A stretch of 63,836 bases of DNA, the filler included, from Rhizaria sp. SCN 62-66 (taxonomy: Eukaryota): the NCBI GenBank assembly GCA_001724265.1. It is 5 parts of 5 records of this genome, joined end to end, with 100 filler letters (N's around TTAATTAATTAA, not from the genome) between each part and the next. Parts side by side here need not be neighbours in the genome. Positions count along the whole stretch, not along the records: positions 27,421 to 40,338 come from MEDY01000529.1; positions 40,439 to 53,278 come from MEDY01000530.1; 3 more parts are not named here. One strand, given 5' to 3'. A program made the translations under genes and the position numbers. The notes below the pieces were generated by a model, which searched no databases, was not told where the DNA came from, and saw nothing but the letters and a program-made list of their open reading frames with translations. Positions 37,060-47,514 of this stretch are shown here, one piece after another. How positions within the stretch are numbered: the first letter of the stretch is position 1; each line of letters begins with the position of its first letter.

Positions 37060-38420
37060 CCTTCGAGCTCAGCTGCGTGGTTAACTTCAAGGACCTCAAG
37101 CCCTCTACTACGGCGCTCGGTAACGGCGTGGGTGCGTATTGCCTTATCTGGGCGGCGATGCAGCGTGGTGCGGCGCGTGTCGAGACAGCGGATGGGCCCT
37201 GTGGGTCGCTGCTCGAGGACCCACTGCGTTTTGCAAGCCTGCCTGCTTTAGATAATGTGCTTGTCATGCCGGCCTTGCCGTGCAAGGCTATTCTTGCCGA
37301 CAAGTGCTTCAAGGAGCGGGGGCTGCACGTGTGCACGACGCTTAACAACGAGGCCCGAGCAAGCCTGATCCTATTGATAGCTACCGCATGGTCTATTAAA
37401 TATTGATAGTAACACGTTGGCCGAAGGCAGCTGTGGGGCTTCGTGATTCCAAGCAACGCCGCTGTTGGCGCGGAGGAGACTGCGGTCCTTGAGGCTTCTG
37501 TTCATTCGTGGCTCGGTCGTCCGAGCATTTCGACCGTGCGCAGGGCGGTGGCGGCCCCGGGAAGCACTTAAGGACGAGTCTGTCAAGGACTACGGCTCAT
37601 GTTCTCTGGCGAAGATCACCCATCCCGCGGCGAGAAGGGCCCGGAATCTCGCGCGCTTTGTTAGCGCGCGCATCAGCGCTGATATTGTACAGATATCTTG
37701 GTCGTTAAAGGTGAGTTCAAGATGGCTCGTGGCGTATTTCCTCTGCAGACGCGCGACGAAGCTGTGGATCACCTGATTCGGTTTGTGGCGCACATGCATG
37801 CGTCCAACGCGAAAGGTGTACGCGAGGTTTGAGTTGACGGTGGCCGTGAGCTCAGCTCAGCGCGGCTGAGGGAGTTTCTCTCATGGCACGGTATCTCCTT
37901 GCAAGTCACAGCAGCGCAGAGGCTGCACAGATCGAGCGTGAGCATCGCGCGATTCATCGCGCAAATGCGTGCATGAACGCGGCGCCGTGGCTGCAGCGCG
38001 AGCTCTGGGCGTTTGCGGCCTGACACGTTATGCCAGTGCACGACAACTCGATGGGCTATCAGTAACTCGTTCAAGGGGTAACTCCAGCCATCGCTGCGAA
38101 CCTGTCTGTATGAAGCTTGCTTGATGGCAGCCTGTCGCGGAGCTCTATAACGAGCCCCAGTTCTCTGGTGAGAATCGCGGTTATCCAGCGCTCTGGCTTG
38201 GGCTAAGTACTGGACAAGCAGGCAGTGATTCGCATCACAGCGAACGTGACGCCGAGTGCGCACGCGCCCGAGTTCGAGTCGTACGTCTTCGTGGCGAACG
38301 GTGCCGCGGTGATTGCCCCGCCTGCGTTGAGCCGCTGACTATGCGACTCTCGGTGAAGAGGGTCGAGAAGAAGCTGACTCGCGTAGGCGGCAACAGCAAC
38401 AGCAGCTGCAGGTCGACGCG
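37060..38420 (+). mobile_element. Decayed Ty1/copia LTR-retrotransposon pol fragment (post-protease region and integrase core)
   Basis: LDNVLVMPAL (cf. L.DVLYVP.L), SRWLVAYFL, VREV*VDGGRELSSARLREFLSWHGISLQVT (cf. LRSDNGGEF...F....GI....T) and LQRELWAFAA, in copia order, with stops and frameshifts. Confidence 0.75.
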
Positions 38421-39391
38421 GCTGTGATGCTTCGTTTGCCGCTGCCTCCTACGAGCCACCGGCCTCGTGCAGCGCCTGCGGCAGCGCCCGCATGGGTTGC
38501 TGTGGCAGCGGTGGCGGCGGTGGCGGCGCTCGTGGCGCCTCCGGTGGCAACGCCCTCAGCGGCACCTGCGGTGGCGCCTCAAGCACGACTGGCATCACTG
38601 CTTTCGATGCGGGTATAGTGCATGAGGCTACTACCAAAGAAGCTGGCGTCACTACGCAGGTCTCCTGCGATATTGGTGCCGTATGTTACTCAGTTGGGCA
38701 ACACGCGTGTGCCTACTCGTATTCCGACTCAATTTGTTTTACGAGCAAAGTTGGTGGTAGGAAGATGTTAAAAGCGCGCATGGTGACAAACGGGGCGCGA
38801 TAAGGACGTTCCGCTTAGTTAGGCTGCTCAAAGGGGCGGCTTGCAGGTAGCGCTGTGTTGCGACTTGTTTGTGGTTGGCAGCCCCAAAGCGGGTTTGCGC
38901 AAACGGGGGACACTTTGCGAACAGAGCTGAAACCGAGTCATTGGAGTAATTCAGCTTAATAACGTTTACAAAAACTTATATTGTGTTTATATTCATTTGC
39001 TTCGCGGCATCTCGAGTCCGATACTGCGCCTTTAGCGCTGTTGATATGAAACGACATCACTTGGCCAAAACCTCTATGCGACATTTGACGTCCGCAGTGC
39101 TTACCTGATGGCTTCGCTCGAGAAGCCGTTACGCTCTCAACGGTTTTGGTGCATCTGAGATCTGCGAGCGCCCGCGTGCCATTTTCGGAGAGCAGCAGGC
39201 GCTGGTTTGATCATCTCAAGGGCACGCTCAGCTGTATGGGTTTTAAACTTCTGTCTGAGGATACGTACGTGTTTCCATGCGCAAACAAAAAGGGTCAACT
39301 CGGTGTTGACGGGTGCTTGGCGACGCCCAGGGCGAGGCTTTAATCCGCGAGCTAGAAGCGGTGTATTCATATTAATACTAAATTATATGGA

Positions 39392-39461
39392 TACTAGTAT
39401 TTATATTCATATAATATTATACTAGTACTAGTACTAGTAATACTAGTCTATTACACTAGTA
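39392..39461. repeat. Cluster of ACTAGT palindromes in an AT-rich patch
   Basis: Six ACTAGT hexamers in ~70 nt. A similar doublet occurs at 37024-37041. Confidence 0.7.
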
Positions 39462-40338
39462 ATATGAAATTTGATATCTCTCGCACCAATCCCGACGACA
39501 ACGGCACTTTCTTGGGCTGCGACATGGTTGTCAGCAGTGAGGAGGGCCGTACCTCAGCCCGCGACGCGGTCCAAAGCAAGGAGCAACGCAAAAATCGAGG
39601 GGAGGCCAGTCGCAGGAAACTGCGCGAATGCATGACGGAGGGTGGAGCATCGCGGGCGCGACGGGGCGGGGGGAGCACCACGCCGAGCAAGCAGTGCGCG
39701 GCGCTGTGCGCAGTGAAGTGCAGCGGCACGGCGACCGCGGCGGCGTCGGGGCACGCCGCGGTGACCGCGGCCGACAGCAGAATGTCGACCATTGCCATCC
39801 AATCCTTTTATGGTTAGGACTGTGAGGACCGTGAACGACCTGGGATGTGCGTGCATGAAATGTGGGCTGTTCAGTCTCTTTATTCGATCATCGCATTGTT
39901 ATACTGTGTGTTGGGGATCACAATTTCATACGTATTTGCTATTTGTCAAGCAAATAATGCTAACCGCGGATTCCTCTTGCTTCAAGGTAGGGAGACTTGG
40001 AACTGGCCTCCTGCACATGGTTGAGCATTTTCCAAGACAGGAGATTTCGATGGGATTCATTGTGCTAAAATGTGTTACTAGTATCGATGATGTTTGGATA
40101 TCGATTATTTCACTCATGTTGTACGCTCGAGTCTTTACTCCGAGTGCTATGAAGTGGGAATACAAACTTCAGTTTTCGTTTTCCAAGAGGCTCAGCCGCA
40201 GGACAACCAGTTGAGATCACGTCAGCATGCGCGCAAACAGCGCATGATCAACCTCATCAAATTTTCCCCCGTCATTATCTACATATCTACATTGCACATC
40301 TTTGGTATCCTGCCTATCCGTCGTCTTGGCCGTGCACG

Positions 40339-40438
40339 NNNNNNNNNNNNNNNNNNNNNNNNNNNNNNNNNNNNNNNNNNNNTTAATTAATTAANNNNNN
40401 NNNNNNNNNNNNNNNNNNNNNNNNNNNNNNNNNNNNNN
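40339..40438. other. Artificial contig spacer
   Basis: N44-TTAATTAATTAA-N44. Confidence 0.98.
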
Positions 40439-40695
40439 ATGACGTCACTGAGTTTTATTCGTGTGAGTTGTGATGACTTAAGCGATAGCTCATTTTTTTG
40501 TTCGTGTGAGTTATAGTCCGCTCCCCCCCATACTACTTTATAAACCACCATCCAAAAAAAGCCACGAATAACACAGCGCTTAGCGGGTGCCTGCGACTGT
40601 GACTACTGCTTGAATCCCCGCGCAGACTCGCGAGCAGCCGTGAGAGAGGTTTTTTTTAAAGCAACAAACACTTAACTAGTAAAGCGATAACCGCT

Positions 40696-43600
40696 TTAAG
40701 CGACGAGAGCGGCGATGAGGGCCGCACAGTCAGCCGCTGCGGCGACACCCGTAGCGGGCTCGCGCGTCGTCACACTCTGTGCAATCCAGTCCACGGCCTT
40801 AACGGCGGGCGTGGCCTGCGACTCGCCGGAGAAGAACGACGACGACATGAGCACCGAGCTCAGCGCGCTGCGGACGTCAGCGGTCTCAAGCACCGAAGTG
40901 CCCGCCATCGTGGTGAACGTGCCGACCTGCGCCGCCGACGCGCCCGCGGCAGTGCTGAGCGCGGCGTCGCGGAGCCCGATCTGCGTGCACACACTGGCGA
41001 GAAGGAGCCCGGAGCCGAGCGTGCGGGCCGAGGACGGGATGAAGCCCGTCTCCGTCAGTGCCGTCGCGTCGTCGTCGAGCCAGGCCTGGGGGACGAGCAG
41101 CCCGATGGGAGTGACCATGTTCTGCAGCGGCGTCGCCACGGTGCGCGTGGCCGCTGTGATCACGGCCGTGTCGGCGGTCTGGATAGCGCGCGTCATCGCC
41201 TGCAGACGCGCGTAGGGGAACAACACGTTAGTCCGCAATACAGTGAAGTCCGTGGTGTACTGCGCCGCGATGGCGCCCAGCGCGGCCTCGACGGTGAAGG
41301 TCGCCGGGTCGATCGGCGCGGCGAGGCCGGCGACGCCGACCGGCATCGCGGGCGACGACGCAAGGCCCCACAGGTTCGCGTGGTCGCCGGCCGCGGTGGC
41401 GAAGATGTTGTTGAAGAAGGTCGTGGTGTCCGGCGAAGCCGTGGTGAGGGAGGGCGTCAGTGTGGCGGCCGGCGTGAAGGTGGCGAGCGAAGTACCGACG
41501 TCGACGAGGTTGATGCCGTCGTCACCGAGGTAGAACACGTGAGCGACGCCGTCATACGCCGCACGGAGCTGCGCAGACCACAGGGCCGCGCCCCACGCGC
41601 CCGCGGCCGTGCCCGCAGCGACGACGCTCGTGTCCGCCGGCGTCGTCGCAGGGGTCGCGGTGGGGACGTAGGCCTGTTGAGTCAGCCAGTCAAACGCGGC
41701 CTTGACGTTGTTGCCGCCGAAGTGATTGATGGTCTGGCCCGCGTTGTACACGCGGGTCTCGGCGCCCCAGTGCGCGTCAGCAGAGCACAGAGGGACGTAG
41801 ACGTGCAAGTAGTTCTTGAACGGGTTCGGGTTCTCCGCCGCCGTGGCGAACTGGGCGTCGTTGTAGCCGTTCTTCTGGAACACACCGGTGAAGTTGCGGT
41901 AGCGGATGCTCGCGCGGTCCGTATCGACCGTGACGGCGTACTGCACTGTGGGCAGCGCAGAGTCGCAGGTGCCGGCGTTGAAGCACACGCCGTCGGTGCC
42001 ACCGAGCTGGAACAGCACGTTGCGCGCGTCGTTGGTGCCGGCAGGCGGGATGTAGACGAAATAGCTGAAGGCGTCGCCGCGCGCGCAACCGGTGTTGGCG
42101 GTGGCGGCGTCGGGCACGATCTCAACCCAGCGGTTCGTGGGCAGCTCAGACAGCAGCGGCGCGCCGGCAAAGACCGTGAGCGCGGGGTAGAGGTCGTCGG
42201 AGCTGGAGCCACTGTTGACAATGAGGGCGATGACGATGATGACGACGAGGAGGATAACGACCCAGAGGAGGACGAAGAGGAACCGCTGGCAGCAAGACCA
42301 CTTACGCCACGTGCGGCGGAACGAGCCGCAGCAGCGCTTGGACTTGACAAGCAGCTCACGGCGCAAGTACTCCTTGATTACAGTCTCCTGCTCCTGGGCC
42401 ATTTCGGCGGAGACGGCCTCGTAGACGGCGTCGTCAGCGTCAGTCTCAGCGTCGCCACCGTTGTTGCCGTTGCCTTTGTTGCCGCCCATCTGAGTCATCT
42501 CGACAGCGCCCGCGTCGCCGTCGGCGACGGTGTTGTGTGCCGAACCGGCGTGCGGTGTGACGCGGGCCGGATGCTGACCCGGCGGGCTCGCAGAGCCAGC
42601 GCCAGCGCCAGCACCATCAGTGGCGGCAGCAGCAGCAGCCGAGGCGGGGTGCGTGGGATCGTTGAGTACGATGCCGGCGGCGGTGGCAGCGGCGCCGATG
42701 GCGTCCGTGGTGAGGTAGAGCCCCGCCGCGCGCGCAGCCGTCCACTCGGCCTGCTTGGCGGGGGTGCCGCGGGCCAGTGCGGTGTAACGATTACGCTCAA
42801 ATCCAAGCTTGATGCGCTCCAGGTGGTCAGATACGAGCTTGATCTCCTCGAGTTGGACGAGCTCGAGCGCGAGCGCTTCGGGGGAGTTGTCGACCTCGAC
42901 CACAGCGGCGTCCTCGATGACGGGGTTGTAGCCGGGGTCGGTGAGGCGCTTGGCCTGGATGTCGTGGATCTCGGCCAGCCGGACGAGTGCCTTGGAGAGC
43001 TCGGTGCCGATCTGGGAGGAGACGCCAAAGCGCGAGTCCGTGTGGTCTTCGCCCAGTGAACCGACGGTCATGAACACCTCCTCGAGTGTCGTCAGCGACG
43101 TCTGGATGTCGGTGACGCCCAGGCGCTCAGACTCGGCCTCGAGGGAGGCGAAGAAGTTGGCCAGGAGACGCGACGCGGCGCGGGGCACCTTGAAGCGGAC
43201 GACAGAAGCTTCGACGGACTCGACGATGGCGCCCGGAATCGCCTGCTTGACGTACGCCGTCACGCCCTTGATGCGCGCGCGACGCTCCTCATCAGCGGCC
43301 TGCCCGTCGACGAAGACCGAGACACGGTAGCCTGTGCCGAACTTGTTCTTGAGACGGATCGAGGTGCCGAGGCAGATGAGCTTACCTTCCTTCATGATGC
43401 CGATGCGGTCGCCGAGGACGTCGGCCTCCTCCATCGAGTGCGTCGTGAGCACAGTCACACGGTCGTACTTAACCTTCTCGATCAGGTCCCAGACCTAATG
43501 GTTTCAGAAATTAGAAGAGTGAATACGAAAAATGATTATGGTGATATAAATAAATATGTTGACGAATAATATTCATGTTCAACTTCTTATTACGTAGATA

Positions 43601-46488
43601 TATATATGTGAATATTGATAGATTTATCGTACCTGGCGAGCGGCGACGTGGTCCATGCCCGTAGTGGGCTCATCAAGATACACGATCGCGGGGTTACCAA
43701 TCAGCGCGATCGCGACAGAGAGACGGCGCTTCATACCACCGGAGAAGGTCCCCGCAGCGACACCGGCGTACTTGGTCAGGTCGACGTCAGCGAGGCGCTC
43801 AGCGACTTCGAGGTGCATGCGTTCGGTGGGCACGTTCTTAAACGCGGCAAACAGCTCCAAATGCTCTGCGGCGGTGAGTTCGCGGAAAAGCACGTCATGC
43901 TGAGGGCACACGCCCATGCGCTTCTTGATCTCGTGCATGCCGTTGACGACGGAGTAGCCGAGAACGCGTGCGTCGCCGGACGTCGGACCTAAGAGGCCAG
44001 TCATCATCGAGATCGTCGTCGACTTGCCGGCACCGCTGTAAATGACAAAAGCAGAAAAGAATCGATCAAGATAAATTTCGATGCTTTAGAAAAATTACGC
44101 TCGATAAATGCGCATACAATGCCATAAATAATGACAGATACATAATTTAAGAGATGCTATTCCAATTCAAGCGAGATATCTCAAGTTAAGTAGATGACGT
44201 ACTTATGGCCGAGAAGGCAGAAAAGCGAGTTCTTATCAAGAATGAGGTTAATCTCCTTGACAGCCTGAAAATCGCGCTCGGGTTGGCGGATGCAGCAGCA
44301 CGTGCGCGCGTAGTAAGTCTTCCCAAGCTGATCAATGCGCACCGGGTAGTTGACGTCGAGTGTGTTGCGCACGCGCTCGCCCTCAGCGAGAACGTCGGGG
44401 TCTTCGCCCATCTGCGTCGCCTTGATCTGCGCAGCGATGGCGGCCGCGTCGTCCTCCTGCGCATGCTCATCACCGTCGTCGCCGTCGTTGTCAGCGGCGG
44501 GAGAATTTGCGCCGTCGGGAGAGTTAGAAGAGGCCGGGTCAGAGCCAGCAGCCGCCACCCCACTGGCGTCCGTGCCGTCGGTGTTCTTGGCACGCTTGTT
44601 GCCAGAGTCGGGCTCGATAGAGCCGAGGACGCGGACGTCGTTGGGGCACCAATAGGACGGCTTGAAACAGAAGAAGCACGACTGCGACATGCCGTTCTCA
44701 TCAGGCAGCACAACATCGAGGTAAATACCGATGACGAGGAAGATGAGGGCGTCAAGCAGCAGTAGCAAGCAGACTTCAGAGACGGACATAAAACCGTCGT
44801 TACGCTGAGCCCACGTCATGCCGTTGAGGTAGTCACTGGACGCATAGAAGCCGATCGTGTCCATCGACTTGGCAAGCAGCGACCAGGGCTGAATAATGAA
44901 AAAGACACGGATACCGATCGAAACGGTGTCCTTAAGCACAAGCGAGCCTGCGGCCTGGACGAGCATGCCGATAAGGAACATGGCGAAACCGAGAATGGTG
45001 CCGGTGCGGGCCTTGGAGACGAAGTTAGACAGGAGGAACACAAGGGTCACAAGGGACAGACCAAAGCAGAAAAAGAGTAAAAAGTACACAAAAAAGTTTG
45101 TCTTCAAAAAGAACTTAAATTGGAAGGCTGATCCGACTGCAATCAGCAGGAGAGCTGAGAGGGTGTTCAGGATGGTGTTGGTAATAAAGTACGAAACCCA
45201 GTATGCCGATACTGACAGACCCATTTGGTGCATAGAGGTACGCAAATGAAGCTCGCGTTCGCCAACAATTTGATTGAGTTGCATCACGATGTTGAACATG
45301 AGAACGCCGAAAAAGAAAATTGACCCATAGCTGAGGTCAAAAACATCATCAGAAAACGGGGCAAAAATCAAAAATGATCAGGGTGAGCATATAGGAAACA
45401 TAGCTTCAGAAAATATATTCGTAGAGTAAACGCTAAGATTATTTAAGAGATCTACGGTGTGTGATGAATCAATAAAATTGCAGTGAAAAAATGTCGTACC
45501 TGCCAACGGCGTCAGTGGGGGAGATGGACGGATGCGGATAGGGCAGCATATCAAAATTGAAGCTGAAATCAGCAGCTGGAGTGGCTGCCAGGTCGTTGGC
45601 GAGTGACAGCACGGCCTATCAGCGCACAGTAACAGTGACAGTGATGAAGAGCAGGGAGCAAGCAGGGAGCCAAATGAAGCAGTATGTGAGGTTGGAGTTA
45701 GGATATAGAAACACATATCACAAATACGAACTATTTTGCATGTAAAATTGCCTAGGTGCACAAATGCAGGTTCGTATGCTGTCACAAACAGTAAAATGAA
45801 CTGTTTAATCACACACTACTCACACGCCACGTACCTGATTGACTGCACTGGTATAAGGGATGAGGACCTGATACTGTGAGTCCACAAACGTCGTGCGGAA
45901 GCGGTCACGCGTCTGGTTATATTGCACAACATAGGAGATCGACTGTAAATTCGCGAGTGAGGGCGTTGCGGGATCAGAGTAACCAATCTCAAAGTGCAGT
46001 GCACCCTGTGTGCTGTTACGGTTCTTGAAGGCGTAGTCGTTGAACGCTTCCTGAGTAGCGAACGCCTGAGTCTTAGTGATGCCGTTCTGTGACTTGATCT
46101 TGTCGATGATGGCCTCCACCACGGGGTCGTTCTCCGGTGTGTAGGCGACTGTAATACACGTGTACGAGTCCGGAGGCAACGGGTTGCCCAGGTGGTTGAC
46201 TCGCACGCACTCCTGGAGCAGTCCGACGTCGAGGGGTGAGGGCGAGAGGTCGCCATTGGTGATCTCCTTGTTGCTCGGGTTTGACCGGATGCCGATGTCG
46301 ACAAGGAAGAGCAACAGCACGAGAATCACGGGCACGAGCAGTTGCACGATGGAGGACCGTGGGGACCGAGCAAGAGTGAGAAAGTTCTTGCGGAGCATGA
46401 CACGGAGCTGGCGAAACCAGAGAGCAACGGCACCGCTAGAGCCCGCCATGTGGACCTCGGAACCCGGGCCGGGATGCGCGGCGGACAT
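40696..46488 (-). CDS. Half-size ABCA transporter fused to an extra TM and a pectinacetylesterase/Notum-like domain, ~1699 aa; complement(join(40696..43494,43633..44035,44203..45330,45500..45615,45835..46488))
   Basis: ABCA N-terminus QLRVMLRKNF, ERELHLRTSMHQMGLSVSAYW, Walker A GHNGAGKS (formed across the splice), GVCPQHD, FSGGMKRRLS, LDEPTTG, TTHSMEEA and TLEEVF. Four GTACG...YAG introns give 5100 nt in frame. Stop TAA. Confidence 0.92.
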
Positions 46489-47514
46489 GACGCGGACGAG
46501 CTGGAGCGGGAACGGGGCGTGGAGGTGTCTCAAGGAGGGACCGCGAGGGGGGTTCTGTGGGAGCAAGGCGGAGGCAGCGGAGAGCAGAAAACGAAAGTCG
46601 ATGAGTCAAAAAAGCGCGGAGTAGATATAAAAAACCGCGTTCTATCGGACAAATACCGTTAAAATTCTCCGGGCACTGTTGCGGAAAAGATATCCGTGCG
46701 TTTGAGGATCATCGAAAAGACGGTTCGTCGCGAGGTCCAGCGGGGCATCAAATACGAGTTAAATATATCTAATTGTTATTCAACGTGCATACTATTACAA
46801 AAAAATACAAGCCAGAAATTGTTCTCAAAGAACATCATGCACCATCCATGTTGCAATGAGCATACGATGACAAAAACTCATTTTATCATTTCTTCTCGGT
46901 GGCCTCGAGCGCGACGCTTTGAACGTTTTATTTTGTGGTTGTGGCTGTGGCTGGTGTGAGCGAGTTCGCAAAAAATGCTTTGTCGCCTTGTCCGTCAACG
47001 AAGTGAACACGGTCAACTCGGGCGACGGGGATCTTAGAGGATCCATCCTGCTCGTGGGGGGGACAAAACCGATATGTGGGAAATTGTACTTATGGCCCCG
47101 ATGCCACTATACGCGTTGATATCTGTGGCTTTCTTGTGTGAATGAGATACACGCCGTGATATGTTATCCGGAGTCCTCGATCCGGGGTGGTTGAACAACG
47201 CCTTTGAGAGATTCCAAGCGTCTTCTTATGTGCTTTTCTACGTTCATTGACATTTGTCATTCAACCATACGATAGAAAACGACATATTGTCACATGTAAC
47301 ACTCCTTAAGATGCGCTTTGCTGCCTGATCCACGCAGGCATTTTCCTTTTTGAGCCGCACAGTCTCAAACTCCCTCGCCCCCATGTCGTCTTTTCAACCT
47401 CCCTCGGGTCAGTGCCACACATCTAGCCGCTCATCTCACCACACGTAATATTCTTTTCTCCACTTTTTGATCTCTGCACCCTTGCTCTTTGCCCCCTCCT
47501 CCCCCTCACAACAG

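Noticed and set aside
39975-40012. Minus-strand GQFQVSLP* resembling a BEL/Pao motif
   Set aside because: Too short, with no flanking support.
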